Of a DNA stretch of 64,000 bases, positions 28,951 through 39,352 are shown one piece after another (the first letter of the stretch is position 1; each line of letters begins with the position of its first letter). The DNA is from a virus. Lineage: Duplodnaviria; Caudoviricetes. The notes beneath the pieces were generated by a model that saw nothing but the letters and a program-made list of their open reading frames with translations, was not told the DNA's origin and made no database searches. The position numbers and the translations under genes are program-made. The stretch is taken from positions 64,001 through 128,000 of IMG/VR virus record IMGVR_UViG_3300029288_000066; one strand, written 5' to 3'.

Positions 28951-29457
28951 CTAACAATTTCTTCCACAATTTTGATACATTCTCCAAACAGCATAATTTC
29001 TTTCGAGATAAATCGGTGTCGGCATCCCCAACGTTAAATGAAGCCCCCACTTTCCATCTCTGGAATAGCCCATTTGCTCTCTCAGGTCTTTTAATTCATC
29101 ACATCTCACCCTAAACCATACATGCTTACCATTTGTCCTGGGAGACATCTCATAAATGAATTTAATATCTTTGTTGTGATATAATCCTTTAAATTTTTCC
29201 CAATTGTCTTTATCGGTTTCTTCTCCATTAATTACGCTAATGTGAGAACCAAATGCTGGGCGCTGCAGCTTTATTCCATGCTGCCTTTCATAGAACCATG
29301 AATAATATGCACCAAATTCGTTGTCTGCCCCTAAAGAAACAATAACCCACCAGGGTTTGAACATTTTACCCGATGGGTCGCATATGGCTTTGGGGTCAAA
29401 TACAATCTTCCCCTGATATTCTACCAATTGTTCATTTTCAAAATCAAGGCTGTACAT
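28951..29457 (-). CDS. 2H phosphoesterase-like protein
   Basis: Two HxS/T motifs: SHISVI and LHLTLG. Confidence 0.7.
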   Translation of the reverse strand: MYSLDFENEQLVEYQGKIVFDPKAICDPSGKMFKPWWVIVSLGADNEFGAYYSWFYERQHGIKLQRPAFGSHISVINGEETDKDNWEKFKGLYHNKDIKFIYEMSPRTNGKHVWFRVRCDELKDLREQMGYSRDGKWGLHLTLGMPTPIYLERNYAVWRMYQNCGRNC

Positions 29458-29908
29458 TTTTGTTTAACTTCTCTTTTACAATTTGAGAAACAATTTTTCC
29501 ATCGGCCTGACCTGCATATTTTGAATTAAAAGCTCCCATTACACTACCCATTTCTTTCATAGATGTAGCTCCAATTTCTAAAATTAAAGAATCGACAATC
29601 TTCTCAACATCTTCTTTGCTCATTTGAGCTGGCAGATAAGTGTTAAGGATTTCAATTTCCTTCAAAATGTCTTCTGGGACTTCACGCCCTGCAGCTTCGC
29701 ACTCTGTTTTAGTAACCTCATGGTTCTTTTTGAGTTTCTTTAAAACTGCCAAAATTCCATCATCGTTTAAATGAAATCCCACGGCACCACGACCATCTTC
29801 CAGTGCCACTTCTCCCAAAATAACTTGAATTAAGCTTCTTTTTACAATGTCTCTTGACATCAAGGCTTTTTTCAAATCTTCTTTTAATTTTTCTTTAAGT
29901 GTTTGCAT
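29444..29908 (-). CDS. GatB/YqeY domain protein
   Basis: LKEDLKKALM..EIEILNTYLPAQMS..ATSMKEMGSVM..ADGKIVSQIVK. Confidence 0.9.
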   Translation of the reverse strand: MQTLKEKLKEDLKKALMSRDIVKRSLIQVILGEVALEDGRGAVGFHLNDDGILAVLKKLKKNHEVTKTECEAAGREVPEDILKEIEILNTYLPAQMSKEDVEKIVDSLILEIGATSMKEMGSVMGAFNSKYAGQADGKIVSQIVKEKLNKNVQP

Positions 29909-29918
29909 AATTGTTTTT

Positions 29919-30353
29919 TTAACAAAATTCTAATTCCTTTTTATTTTTAACACAATATTCCATTCCTTCAGCCAGCTTTAATGCCTGTATTTTGTCATAG
30001 TCTTCATCATTCCAATCTTTGATTAGCTCTCTTAATCTGGGCGCAATCTTTTTACATTGACCTGCTGTTAAATGTCCCTCACAATCACTATGATTTAATA
30101 AATCAACTATGGGGTCTTGTATTTTGTCCCATTTTAAAGGCCCTTTTGGAAGCCAACTGAAGCTTTCGTCAATGACTTTTGTTCCAACAGTCTTTATAGT
30201 TTTTTCTACCTTTGAATATTCATCATATCCAGGAATCCAAAACCCTTCCATTAAACTAAGGCAAATCCCAATTTCCATTGCCAGTCGCTCTCTAAAAATA
30301 TCAAATCCAGAATAAGCCCACTGTGCATCTGCATGATTAAAACCTAAACCCAT
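29919..30353 (-). CDS. Hypothetical protein
   Basis: YSGF..FR..LLNHSDCEG motif. Confidence 0.7.
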   Translation of the reverse strand: MGLGFNHADAQWAYSGFDIFRERLAMEIGICLSLMEGFWIPGYDEYSKVEKTIKTVGTKVIDESFSWLPKGPLKWDKIQDPIVDLLNHSDCEGHLTAGQCKKIAPRLRELIKDWNDEDYDKIQALKLAEGMEYCVKNKKELEFC

Positions 30354-30372
30354 AAAATTATTTTTAAATTAA

Positions 30373-30627
30373 TTAAATAAAATTCTCTCTGAACCAAGCT
30401 TTTGGAACGTTTTCGTCAATCCACTTCAAAGCTTCTGGCTTAACAAATGTAAACAAAAAATCGTACATTTCTTCCTCATAGATTTCACAATCAGAGTCCC
30501 AAGATATTTGATATTCGTCCGATATTCCGTCTATTGTTGGCATAGCTATATCCATCACCTTTTGAGCTTGTTGCTCAAACATTCCAAGATGAACCAGAGC
30601 ATTCTCTATTTTTTGCCTGACAGTCAT
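30373..30627 (-). CDS. Hypothetical protein
   Basis: ECF-type promoter at 30635. Confidence 0.65.
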   Translation of the reverse strand: MTVRQKIENALVHLGMFEQQAQKVMDIAMPTIDGISDEYQISWDSDCEIYEEEMYDFLFTFVKPEALKWIDENVPKAWFRENFI

Positions 30628-30709
30628 AACGGTGTATACGAATAAAACTAAATAAAGTTATAAAAAAAAGAAAAAAATTCAATATTTATATAAAACAAAC
30701 CATAAAACC

Positions 30710-31051
30710 ATGAAAAAAAAAGAAGTTGTATTAAAAGAGTTAAGAAAAATCGTCAGAAAGGTAATTGATGAAAATAGTGTCATAAAAAATATAAACGCTA
30801 CAAAAAGACCTTTCACTGTTAGATATGTAAGCCCAAACAAAGATAGAGGAAACGCATTGTACTATACAACGTATGCATCAAATGAAGCTGATGCAAAAAG
30901 ACAAGCGATGGCAAATCCAAAATTTACAAAGTATATGGAATTTGAAATAAGAACTAAGTCTTTTAGAAGAAGGGATTTATATGCTTACATTACTAAAAAT
31001 CTCCAAGACATAGGAAAAGTTCAATTCTTCGAAGGCGACCCCCGTGACTAG
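30710..31051 (+). CDS. Hypothetical protein with LRKIVRKVIDE N-terminal leader
   Basis: TATTTATA at 30683; leader resembles that of 49374-50057. Confidence 0.7.
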   Translation: MKKKEVVLKELRKIVRKVIDENSVIKNINATKRPFTVRYVSPNKDRGNALYYTTYASNEADAKRQAMANPKFTKYMEFEIRTKSFRRRDLYAYITKNLQDIGKVQFFEGDPRD

Positions 31052-31071
31052 TAAACTGTGCTCTTTTACAA

Positions 31072-31380
31072 TTAAGATTCTGAATAGATATCAAAAAGTA
31101 CATTGTTATATGACAATGCTGTGTTTTTTAATTTTTCAACAAGCACATCTAGTTGTTTGTGCGTTAAATGTTCAAATTTAACTTCCCATCTTTTAAAGAA
31201 AAAATTCTCACCATAATCTTCAATACATCTCACAACTGTTTCATGGTCGAAATCATTTCTAGTATCATGAAACTCTAACCACACTTCAACACCGTTTAAT
31301 TCAACATTAGACTCTATGTGCTTAAGGAGTATTTCCAAACACTCTTTGCTAATTTCATGTGAAATATCACTATCTTCCAC
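31072..31380 (-). CDS. Hypothetical protein
   Basis: Acidic ORF; start uncertain. Confidence 0.5.
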   Translation of the reverse strand: MEDSDISHEISKECLEILLKHIESNVELNGVEVWLEFHDTRNDFDHETVVRCIEDYGENFFFKRWEVKFEHLTHKQLDVLVEKLKNTALSYNNVLFDIYSES

Positions 31381-31485
31381 ATACGCATATGTTTCTTGTA
31401 TTTTACCATCTGGAATATAATCATCTTCATAAAAATCGTCCCAAATATTGATTGGGATTCTCTCTGTATTTTCTATAATATTAAT

Positions 31486-32424
31486 TTAAATTATCCACTT
31501 AGCAATACGATTATCAAGAGAAAAAAGACAGTCCCTTTCTTCAACTTCTTCTTCAAGGATGTACTTTTTAAAATTCATGTAATACAAATTCCCTGGGCAC
31601 CCGAACAATGTTTTGTATGCTTGGAAAATTGTTTCATTTACATAAAAGAAAATCGTTTTTACATATATTCCTTTCGAGATTTTATTCATTTTAAAAATGG
31701 TTGGTTTAACCTCCATCCAAGTTTCATTGCTCATACGGCTCAATTGTATTTTTTGAACCACTTCAAGAATTTGCAGCATTCTTTCTCTTGCAGCAGATTC
31801 TTCATCTCCCAGATTCATTACAAGTTCATCATGAGAAACAAAAATAATATTATCTGGAGGAAGAATCTTTTCCAAATCTTCAACCAATTTCAAGATGTGA
31901 TAATGCTGAATATGTTGAAATCTCTTTGGGTTTAAGTTTCCAAAGACAACCTGCCTGAAACTTTTGCTGAATGAGACTACTGGATGAATTTTTAAATCAG
32001 CACATAATTCTATCCAACTTCTTTTCATTTCATTGTTCTGGTCAAAAATCTTCATAGACTGAAAATTTGCACTTGAGAAATCCAAAGAAAGCATAAAATT
32101 ACCTTCATACATTTTCAGGTGGTCTTTCGTATAGAACTTGGTCTGAGAATAATCAAATTCTTGGCACTTTTTATAAGCTTCTGACGTGGCTAAATAGTTT
32201 TTGATGGTTTCATATACATAGCCCATTTTGTAATGTCCTACGTTGTTATATCCATTTTCTTTCAACCAATCTTCAAATTCAGAATAATTATTTACAGTCA
32301 AAACAATATCCTTAAACTCAAAAGACTTTGAAAGTGTGTTGATATAGTATTCAAAATGTTCTTCAACAGGAATGTTGAGCTTAAAAAGCTTAGCGAATTC
32401 TGCAATCTCTTTAATCTTTTTCAT
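31486..32424 (-). CDS. Hypothetical protein with possible polymerase-palm-like motifs
   Basis: LSLDFSSANF and FVSHDELV; coupled to the upstream nucleotidyltransferase. Confidence 0.6.
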   Translation of the reverse strand: MKKIKEIAEFAKLFKLNIPVEEHFEYYINTLSKSFEFKDIVLTVNNYSEFEDWLKENGYNNVGHYKMGYVYETIKNYLATSEAYKKCQEFDYSQTKFYTKDHLKMYEGNFMLSLDFSSANFQSMKIFDQNNEMKRSWIELCADLKIHPVVSFSKSFRQVVFGNLNPKRFQHIQHYHILKLVEDLEKILPPDNIIFVSHDELVMNLGDEESAARERMLQILEVVQKIQLSRMSNETWMEVKPTIFKMNKISKGIYVKTIFFYVNETIFQAYKTLFGCPGNLYYMNFKKYILEEEVEERDCLFSLDNRIAKWII

Positions 32425-33592
32425 AGAATTCTTTTCTTATTTTATTTGTTAAATTTTCAATAAATTTATGGTCGACTTTGTTTGGAAGATTTGATTTTTC
32501 AAACAATTCATCCATTTTCGCAATTTTTTCTTCTGCGGTTTTAATCAAAGTGTCCAAATCAACTTTTCCGTGCCTGATATCAAGCAATTCTTTTGCATTT
32601 GGTCTTCTTACAACAATTCCTTTGCCTTCGGCAATTTCGATAGACATATCAATTAGCCTCATACAATGAAGCATGTTTTTCCCATCAATTTTTTGTCCAT
32701 GACTCTCAACATCAACCCATCTCTGCATATTTCTTGTTTTCAGCCAATTTTGATATTTGCTATAATCTTTGCAGTGCTGGGTATAAGCATCTTTGTTATA
32801 AGAGAAAACGCAAACTGGTTTTTCTCCCTTCGGAATAGAACTTAATCTTAAATTGTTGGAAATCCCTGCGTTTTCTGAGCCGCCTTCTTTTTCGAGACCC
32901 TTATATCCTAACCCAACGGTTTTGCTTTGTTCCTTAAGAACTTTTTTGTTGTGTTCTTTATCTACTTCTTCCATACACTTTGCAAAACAAAGATGTGCTT
33001 TCGAATCATAGAAAAGTGCGAACATATTCGTTGCGTTTGATACGTTTACGACGCCACAAAATTTTTGTTCATAATTATAATCCTTTAAAAACCCCTTCAA
33101 TTTTCTTGTTCCATATCCATCAATCACAAAGCAAAAGTCAATAGGGTTTTTTCTGGTTACCTTATTCTTTTCCCAGTTCATCATTTTATCCTGGCCTTTA
33201 GCTTTTTTTATTTGAGCTCTGGAATAGCCCCCAAAAGAATCAGCACATTTTTTTGTGATAAACTTATCCATTTCATTCAAAACCAAATCAAAAATTGGGT
33301 GTTTTGACACAACACAATCTTTGGGACTGTTCAAAAGCTCCAATAGTGTAGGATTTGCAGTTTCAATAAGCTGCATAAATTCGCTTAATTCAAATCCAAC
33401 AAAATCTTTATTAACGTGAACTTGTGGAATAAACCCGTACAAATAATCAGGAAGAATGTAAACAAATTTTTTGTCCACATCACTTTCTGGAGTATTCGTT
33501 CCATATGCTTGAGAACCGACAATTGTTTCAAAAACAATCCAATTGTTAGCTTTCAAAAATTCATAAAACTTTTCCGAACTTACATTTACCAT
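32411..33592 (-). CDS. Pol-beta-superfamily nucleotidyltransferase (YcgL-like)
   Basis: VGSQAYGTNTPESDVD, ANPTLLELL, DGKNMLHCMRL, LLDIRHG. Confidence 0.85.
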   Translation of the reverse strand: MVNVSSEKFYEFLKANNWIVFETIVGSQAYGTNTPESDVDKKFVYILPDYLYGFIPQVHVNKDFVGFELSEFMQLIETANPTLLELLNSPKDCVVSKHPIFDLVLNEMDKFITKKCADSFGGYSRAQIKKAKGQDKMMNWEKNKVTRKNPIDFCFVIDGYGTRKLKGFLKDYNYEQKFCGVVNVSNATNMFALFYDSKAHLCFAKCMEEVDKEHNKKVLKEQSKTVGLGYKGLEKEGGSENAGISNNLRLSSIPKGEKPVCVFSYNKDAYTQHCKDYSKYQNWLKTRNMQRWVDVESHGQKIDGKNMLHCMRLIDMSIEIAEGKGIVVRRPNAKELLDIRHGKVDLDTLIKTAEEKIAKMDELFEKSNLPNKVDHKFIENLTNKIRKEFYEKD

Positions 33593-34662
33593 TATTTCCT
33601 TGGTTTAATATTTTCTGAATCTTTAATCTTTTCAAAAATCTCTTTTTCTTTATCAGATAAGTTTTGTGGAGTAAAAACACGGACATCAATATATAAATCT
33701 CCTCTATAATTTGTTCCCGCTTTATACATTCCTTTTCCCTCAACCCTTAATCTTGTTCCACTTTGAACTCCTGGTGTAATGACAACCTTTATTGTTCCCC
33801 CCTCGATTGTCTTAACTTCCAAATCTTTTCCAAATATTGCTTCACATATACTAAGGTGACACGTTGTATATAATTCAGAATCTTGACGTGTTACTGAATC
33901 ATTAAAAGCTTCTTCAACAATAACAAACAAGTTTCCGTTTGGTCCTCCATTCTTAGATACATTTCCAGCACCAATAAACTGTAATGTGTCACCGTTTTTC
34001 ACACTTCTTGGTATTTGCAAATCGACTTCTTCGTCTTTAAATGTTGTTTTTTTACCACCACAAGAACTACATGTTGCTTGAATTATTTTTCCGCTTCCAC
34101 CGCAATTTTGACAAGGTTCTTGCGACATAAAACTTCCGACCATGGTGTTTTTTACTCTTTTTATCCATCCAGAACCTTGACAGTCTGGACATGGATGAAC
34201 AGAAGAGTCGTTTGCTGCACCAGTACCTTTACAAACTTCACAAAGGACTTCCCTTTTATATTTTACCTTTTTTGTTATTCCAGAGAAAACATCTTCCAAA
34301 TCCAGAGTAATCTTCATTCTTAAATCTGTTCCTCTGTTATGTTGTTGATTTGCTTGTTGAAATGGGTTTCTTCCGCCAAAGAACTGTTCGAATATATCAT
34401 CTACATTAAAACCCCCGCCAAAACCCCCAAATCCACCTGGCATTCCCTGAAAATCTCCACCATCATATCTCTTTCTTTTTTCTTCGTCACCAATTACAGA
34501 ATAAGCCTCTGCAATTTCTTTAAACCTCTCCTCAGACTGTGCATTTCCTGGGTTTTTGTCAGGATGATGCTTTAACGCCAACTTACGATAAGCTTTTTTT
34601 ATCTCATCCAATGACGCCGCCTTGGGAACTCCCAAAATTTCATAATAGTCTTTTCTAGCCAT
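33592..34662 (-). CDS. dnaJ: Chaperone DnaJ
   Basis: J domain with HPD, G/F region, four CxxCxGxG-type repeats. Confidence 0.97.
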   Translation of the reverse strand: MARKDYYEILGVPKAASLDEIKKAYRKLALKHHPDKNPGNAQSEERFKEIAEAYSVIGDEEKRKRYDGGDFQGMPGGFGGFGGGFNVDDIFEQFFGGRNPFQQANQQHNRGTDLRMKITLDLEDVFSGITKKVKYKREVLCEVCKGTGAANDSSVHPCPDCQGSGWIKRVKNTMVGSFMSQEPCQNCGGSGKIIQATCSSCGGKKTTFKDEEVDLQIPRSVKNGDTLQFIGAGNVSKNGGPNGNLFVIVEEAFNDSVTRQDSELYTTCHLSICEAIFGKDLEVKTIEGGTIKVVITPGVQSGTRLRVEGKGMYKAGTNYRGDLYIDVRVFTPQNLSDKEKEIFEKIKDSENIKPRK

Positions 34663-34696
34663 ATTAGTTTATACGAAAATAATAGAAAAAAGTTTT

Positions 34697-34727
34697 AAAA
34701 AAACCCCAGATTATACTGAGGTTTTTC
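34697..34727 (-). terminator. Probable intrinsic terminator
   Basis: AAAAACCCCAG..CTGAGGTTTTT imperfect stem. Confidence 0.55.
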
Positions 34728-34732
34728 CTAAT

Positions 34733-35689
34733 TTATGCGGATGGACTTTCAATAGATTCAGGAGGAGGAAGTTGTACGGGTGGCACAAAAACCTTAACTT
34801 CTTCTGTCATCGATTTAATTCTAAGATAATTGGTTGCTAATGCGACGACATCCTTTTCACAATATTTTGCAATTCTTGGCAAATCTTTTTCAACCCAGAA
34901 AATATCCTTTACCTGGCTTCCGTCAATATCATCTTTTGATGATGCCGTGCCAAATATGTCAGAAAGAGAATCAAGGCTTACGGCGGCATCCCACACGCCA
35001 AAACTCCAAGTTTCCTTGGTATCAATGATGGGATTTTGCTCCCATGGTTTCAAGTGAGCATAATCAAACATTGCAGGAAGCTGGAATCCGTTTATAATCA
35101 TTCTTTTTGCTATAAAAGGAAAATCGAACACTCTGCCGTTGTGTGCACAAAGAGCCCAAAAATCGGCTGGATTCTTTTCATATTTTCCAGCAAGCTTGTT
35201 TAAGATTGGTCCCAATTTTTCATGATTAATCAAATCATTCAAAAGAACTTTTTCATCTTCATTGGAAAAAGTGATGATTTTAATAGAGTAGAAATCTTTC
35301 CCTTCATCCTTCCACATTACACCAATAGAGATACAGAGAATTCTTCCAAACTCTGGGAAGATTGGAGCTTTAGTGTTATACAATTCTGTCCCAACTTCCA
35401 ACTTAAATCCCTTAAAAACATCCTCTGTGGTTAACTCTTCTGCCTTTTTCTTTTTTACAGTTTTCTTTTTTCCGCTTTCTGGTTCCGCTACGGCAACTTC
35501 TTCTTTTAACGAAGATTTTGAGCTAAGAAATTCTGTGTATCTTAAATTCAAGGCAGCTTCGAATTCTTTTTTAAATCTCTTTTGGAAAAGCCCTTGTTGA
35601 TGTTCGGTCAAATCACAAAAGTTTGCCTTTTGACTTGTTGTTTCTATATCAAGAAACAAAATTCGGTTTAATGGTTTTAGGTCTAGCAT
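34733..35689 (-). CDS. PolB-related 3'-5' exonuclease
   Basis: FLDIET, PEFGRILCISIG, AHNGRVFDFPFI, YCEKDV. Confidence 0.88.
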   Translation of the reverse strand: MLDLKPLNRILFLDIETTSQKANFCDLTEHQQGLFQKRFKKEFEAALNLRYTEFLSSKSSLKEEVAVAEPESGKKKTVKKKKAEELTTEDVFKGFKLEVGTELYNTKAPIFPEFGRILCISIGVMWKDEGKDFYSIKIITFSNEDEKVLLNDLINHEKLGPILNKLAGKYEKNPADFWALCAHNGRVFDFPFIAKRMIINGFQLPAMFDYAHLKPWEQNPIIDTKETWSFGVWDAAVSLDSLSDIFGTASSKDDIDGSQVKDIFWVEKDLPRIAKYCEKDVVALATNYLRIKSMTEEVKVFVPPVQLPPPESIESPSA

Positions 35690-35701
35690 AGGTTTGGTTT
35701 A

Positions 35702-36577
35702 TTATTTTAAGTTTTCTTTTTTCTTGGTAAACACATTCTCTGTTGAATCTGATGTAATCCCATATTCAAACTTAATCCTTTCACACTTTAATATTTTATT
35801 ATAAAAGTTGTTTGGAAATGTATCCAGCAGTGTGTTGTTCTGATTTGCGAGCACCTGACACTCTTTTTCAATATTAAAATAGCCCTCACGTTGACTTGTG
35901 ATAAAATTGCTTAAATCCGCATAAAATTTCGTGAACTCATCATAAGGAATTTGCTGATTTTCTTGTATCCACTTCCACGTTACCTTTTCACCATCTTTAC
36001 GGTTTTCCATTATTATTTTAGTAACCTGAATAAATGTTTCCTTGTTGACATTTGTTATTTTTTCTTTTTGTAAATAAGTTTTCCACAACTTATCATAGAA
36101 ACCCTTTTTTTCTTCTACTTTCTGAGTGTAGGTATTGTGATACATTTTTGATTTGTTGTAAACATTTTTACAGTCAATAACAATAGATTTAAGAAATCCA
36201 AACAAATAAAAAGCAGCCACAATTGCCACTATCCACCAAATAATTTTTTTGAAGTTTATTTGCTTTTTTGGTGTGTCCTTTTCCTCTCTTTCTGTCCTTT
36301 CACTCCTTGGTTCATAGTTTTTGTAAAGAAAGGACAAAGGTCCTTTGTCTTCATCCGACATAACCAAGTCAGCAATAACACATATAGTAAATACCGCCGT
36401 AATTCCAATTGTTAATGAAGATATTATTACATGAAATGCTCCAAATGACAGGTGTGCTCCATCATCATCTCCAATAAGTGGCACATCCCACAATGCCATT
36501 GTAATGCCAATTAATAAAAATGACACTATTGCACCAAGCACAATAGCCCAAGTTCTACTCATTAAATTTTTTTTCAT
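35702..36577 (-). CDS. Three-TM membrane protein with C-terminal helical domain
   Basis: Three hydrophobic segments; promoter variant AAC-N16-CGTATT at 36615. Confidence 0.7.
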   Translation of the reverse strand: MKKNLMSRTWAIVLGAIVSFLLIGITMALWDVPLIGDDDGAHLSFGAFHVIISSLTIGITAVFTICVIADLVMSDEDKGPLSFLYKNYEPRSERTEREEKDTPKKQINFKKIIWWIVAIVAAFYLFGFLKSIVIDCKNVYNKSKMYHNTYTQKVEEKKGFYDKLWKTYLQKEKITNVNKETFIQVTKIIMENRKDGEKVTWKWIQENQQIPYDEFTKFYADLSNFITSQREGYFNIEKECQVLANQNNTLLDTFPNNFYNKILKCERIKFEYGITSDSTENVFTKKKENLK

Positions 36578-36637
36578 TTTATATAATTTTTAAATTATTG
36601 TTTTTATTTCCTTTAATACGAAAAAAAATGAAAAATG

Positions 36638-37201
36638 TTATAGCTTACTCAATTCTTTAAGTATTCGAGCTGTATTTATGGCATCATCGACTCCTCTGTG
36701 ACAAGTCCCTTCGAATTCAACTCCCATCTTTTTCAAAGCATTTGAAACGCTCGTAGATTGTTTCAGCCCATACTTAAAGGCGTACCATTCTCCTAAATTA
36801 AAATGTGTTTTTCCAAATGGATATTTAACTTTTTTAAGAGCGCACTCTTTTTCAAACGCAACCCTGTCATAATCTCCCCAGCTGAACCACATTCTTTTGT
36901 CTGCCTGAAACTCATCAATCAAAATCTTGCATGCTTTTTTAAACGAAACCCCATTTTTTTCAACAAACTCAGGAGTTAATGTAGTTAATTTTGTACAGAA
37001 CTCGCTTATTTCTGAAAGTGCTGGCTTAACAATTATGCTTCTTGATTGTATCATTTCTTTCGTAAAATAATCCACACAGGCAACCCCAATTTCAATAATT
37101 TCTTTGTGCTGGCCGATTGGCGGATTCCCCATCCAACAACACGCCTCAATATCCACAACCAATGCGAAACTATTCTTTTTTTCTCTCTTTATTTTCATCA
37201 A
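36638..37201 (-). CDS. DEDDh exonuclease (ERI-1/KapD-like)
   Basis: VVDIEACC, EIIEIG, FCTKLT, SWGDYD, HRGVDDA. Confidence 0.88.
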   Translation of the reverse strand: MMKIKREKKNSFALVVDIEACCWMGNPPIGQHKEIIEIGVACVDYFTKEMIQSRSIIVKPALSEISEFCTKLTTLTPEFVEKNGVSFKKACKILIDEFQADKRMWFSWGDYDRVAFEKECALKKVKYPFGKTHFNLGEWYAFKYGLKQSTSVSNALKKMGVEFEGTCHRGVDDAINTARILKELSKL

Positions 37202-37754
37202 TTTTTATGTATTTAGGAGGAACCGCATCTGTCAAATAAACATCATTATCTGTTTTGTAGAATTTATATCCCTCATTATTCATTTGTTTTGCTTCAATTA
37301 TTAGCACTGCGGCCTCAACTCCCTTTTGGTGTCTTGACCCTGTGTTTTTTGCCTTATCCATATTTTCTTCTGAATACAAATGAACGTGATGTCTATTCAT
37401 CTTTTTCAACCCTTCTTTCATAATAGAAGGTAAAAATCTTGGCGCTGTTCCGTGATACAACTTAAACGGAGGAACTATCGGCTTCAATTGTAAATCAACA
37501 TCAATTGAGTGTCCTTGATTTGCCATTATGAGAGTTTCATCATCATTAAATTTGAATCTTTGTTTATCGGAGGTTTTTACCACTTCTTTCAAATCTTCAA
37601 AAGTAAATTCAATTTTGTCTTGAGACTTCTCTATCAACAAATCAACATCAGCCCATCCATTCTTGTCCAGTGTAATCCCAATGGCACCTGGATTGTGCCG
37701 TAAGACATATGATAAATGCTTACTAATCTTTGTTATCTTTTCTTTATAATTCAT
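37170..37754 (-). CDS. kptA: RNA 2'-phosphotransferase (Tpt1/KptA)
   Basis: SKHLSYVLRH, DKQRF, ANQGHS, LYHGT, RHHVHL. Confidence 0.95.
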   Translation of the reverse strand: MNYKEKITKISKHLSYVLRHNPGAIGITLDKNGWADVDLLIEKSQDKIEFTFEDLKEVVKTSDKQRFKFNDDETLIMANQGHSIDVDLQLKPIVPPFKLYHGTAPRFLPSIMKEGLKKMNRHHVHLYSEENMDKAKNTGSRHQKGVEAAVLIIEAKQMNNEGYKFYKTDNDVYLTDAVPPKYIKIDENKERKKE

Positions 37755-37796
37755 AATTCATGCAAAAGTAATAAATAAAAACCATATATCAAAACA

Positions 37797-38678
37797 TTAT
37801 ATTTCAACTTTTGTTGTATTGATAAATGCGTTATACAATCCTATTGGGTTTTGATTTGGCGCAAGACCCGACACCTGGCCATCTCCTGTTTCAACAACCA
37901 TCCAACCACCATTTTCCTTTTCAGCAAAATCAACCGTGTAAAAAACACTAGCTGCACGCATAGCATAAGCCACTGCGTTTATTAGATTTTCTGGAGGCTT
38001 TGGTAAATCAATTAAAGCAGAATCAATATTACTGTTCTGTTCCGCCGCAGCAACTTTTCCTTTAAATACAAATATTCTCCACTCATTAACTTCACCAGCA
38101 TATTTTTTCAACTCAACAAACTCACGGAAAGCAACTCCTTCATTGAAAAGCTTTCCTCTGGCTTCAATAAAACGATTTACAACGTCTTCCAGTTGTTCGT
38201 GAGTGGTTTCCTTCGGAATCCTGAATAAGCCAGGAATGAATTTTTCTGATTTTACATAATCTTTAAGAACTATTCCATCAGGGAACTGGTCAAACATTTC
38301 TCCCAAAGTTTCTTTATCAAACTTATCGGAAAACAAAGTTTTTGCTGTATATGGTTCAATAAACTTATATGAATTTTTCAAATAATGACATTGAGCATAT
38401 GCGCCTGGATTTGTGTAAAGATAGTGACCTCTTTCTGAGAGCGATTTAAATAACTTTTCATACTCAGTTGGCGTTAGCATCCAACCCCTAAGAATAACTC
38501 TGTAATTCCCTTCTTTAATGTTGGAAAATTTAATTTTTCCTTCGTCAGCTAATAGGTCATGGTCATATCCCAAAGCCTCAAACCCTAATAAATTAGAAAT
38601 TTTTAATTCGTTCTCAAAATTAGAATCTACCCTATCTGATTTGCAAGGGTCGCAGGGAAATAGTATTTTTGGTTGCAT
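37797..38678 (-). CDS. ATP-grasp domain protein
   Basis: RGWML, LKDYVKSEK, EWRIF, FYTVD, VVETGDGQVSGL. Confidence 0.8.
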   Translation of the reverse strand: MQPKILFPCDPCKSDRVDSNFENELKISNLLGFEALGYDHDLLADEGKIKFSNIKEGNYRVILRGWMLTPTEYEKLFKSLSERGHYLYTNPGAYAQCHYLKNSYKFIEPYTAKTLFSDKFDKETLGEMFDQFPDGIVLKDYVKSEKFIPGLFRIPKETTHEQLEDVVNRFIEARGKLFNEGVAFREFVELKKYAGEVNEWRIFVFKGKVAAAEQNSNIDSALIDLPKPPENLINAVAYAMRAASVFYTVDFAEKENGGWMVVETGDGQVSGLAPNQNPIGLYNAFINTTKVEI

Positions 38679-38688
38679 AAATTATGGT

Positions 38689-38886
38689 TTAATAGCAATC
38701 AAATGTTGCTTTCATTTCTTCTAAAAAATGTTTTTGTTTGTCTGACAATTTACAGCCAGGGGCTGTCATAGTAAACCCATGCTCGATATATTCAACAACT
38801 TCTTTTGTCGTTACATCTAAGGCTGCTGCAAGCAATTCAATTGCTTCTTCGGCCTTTACTAAATTAATTTCTGTAATTTCTCCCAT
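38689..38886 (-). CDS. Hypothetical protein
   Basis: Start MGEITE directly after the upstream stop. Confidence 0.55.
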   Translation of the reverse strand: MGEITEINLVKAEEAIELLAAALDVTTKEVVEYIEHGFTMTAPGCKLSDKQKHFLEEMKATFDCY

Positions 38887-38888
38887 TG

Positions 38889-39347
38889 TTATGATTCTTT
38901 TAATTTGTAATATCCATAAACACATCTTGTTCCATCACGACTGCAGTCATGAGTGTCATTTATAATCCCATCAATCACTGCAACCATATGCTTGCTTACA
39001 CTAACCACCAATCTGCCCTTTGGAAGCTCTTCTTCTTTCAAATGCACTTTACATCCTTGCCCCACAAACATCGTTGGAACCCATATAAGCCCAAGAGACT
39101 CCATATAATCATTGAACCATTTTCTTTTCGAATTTATTCCATGTGCAGCAGTACGTACACCTTCTTCGTGTTTTGCTTTTTTTCTCTTTCCTTTTCTTTG
39201 TGTCGCATTACCATTCGCCAACACATCATAAACCTCTTGATATGGCCTCCCAGTTGCAATACAAATTGCACGACAAACACAATCGTCAGCATGCCCTTTA
39301 TATCCAGCCGCTGCTCGTCCTCCGTCGTTTTCTTTAAATTCTGTCAT
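38889..39347 (-). CDS. Conserved-looking phage hypothetical protein
   Basis: NDGGR..DCVCRAI..HMVAVIDG..D; possible Cys/His catalytic pair. Confidence 0.7.
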   Translation of the reverse strand: MTEFKENDGGRAAAGYKGHADDCVCRAICIATGRPYQEVYDVLANGNATQRKGKRKKAKHEEGVRTAAHGINSKRKWFNDYMESLGLIWVPTMFVGQGCKVHLKEEELPKGRLVVSVSKHMVAVIDGIINDTHDCSRDGTRCVYGYYKLKES

Positions 39348-39352
39348 GTTTC

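Noticed and set aside
31396-31935. Antisense ORFs in the track (e.g. 9982-10395, 31396-31935, 38949-39356, 48008-48475, 52975-53274)
   Set aside because: They shadow well-supported genes or tRNAs on the opposite strand and have no motifs.
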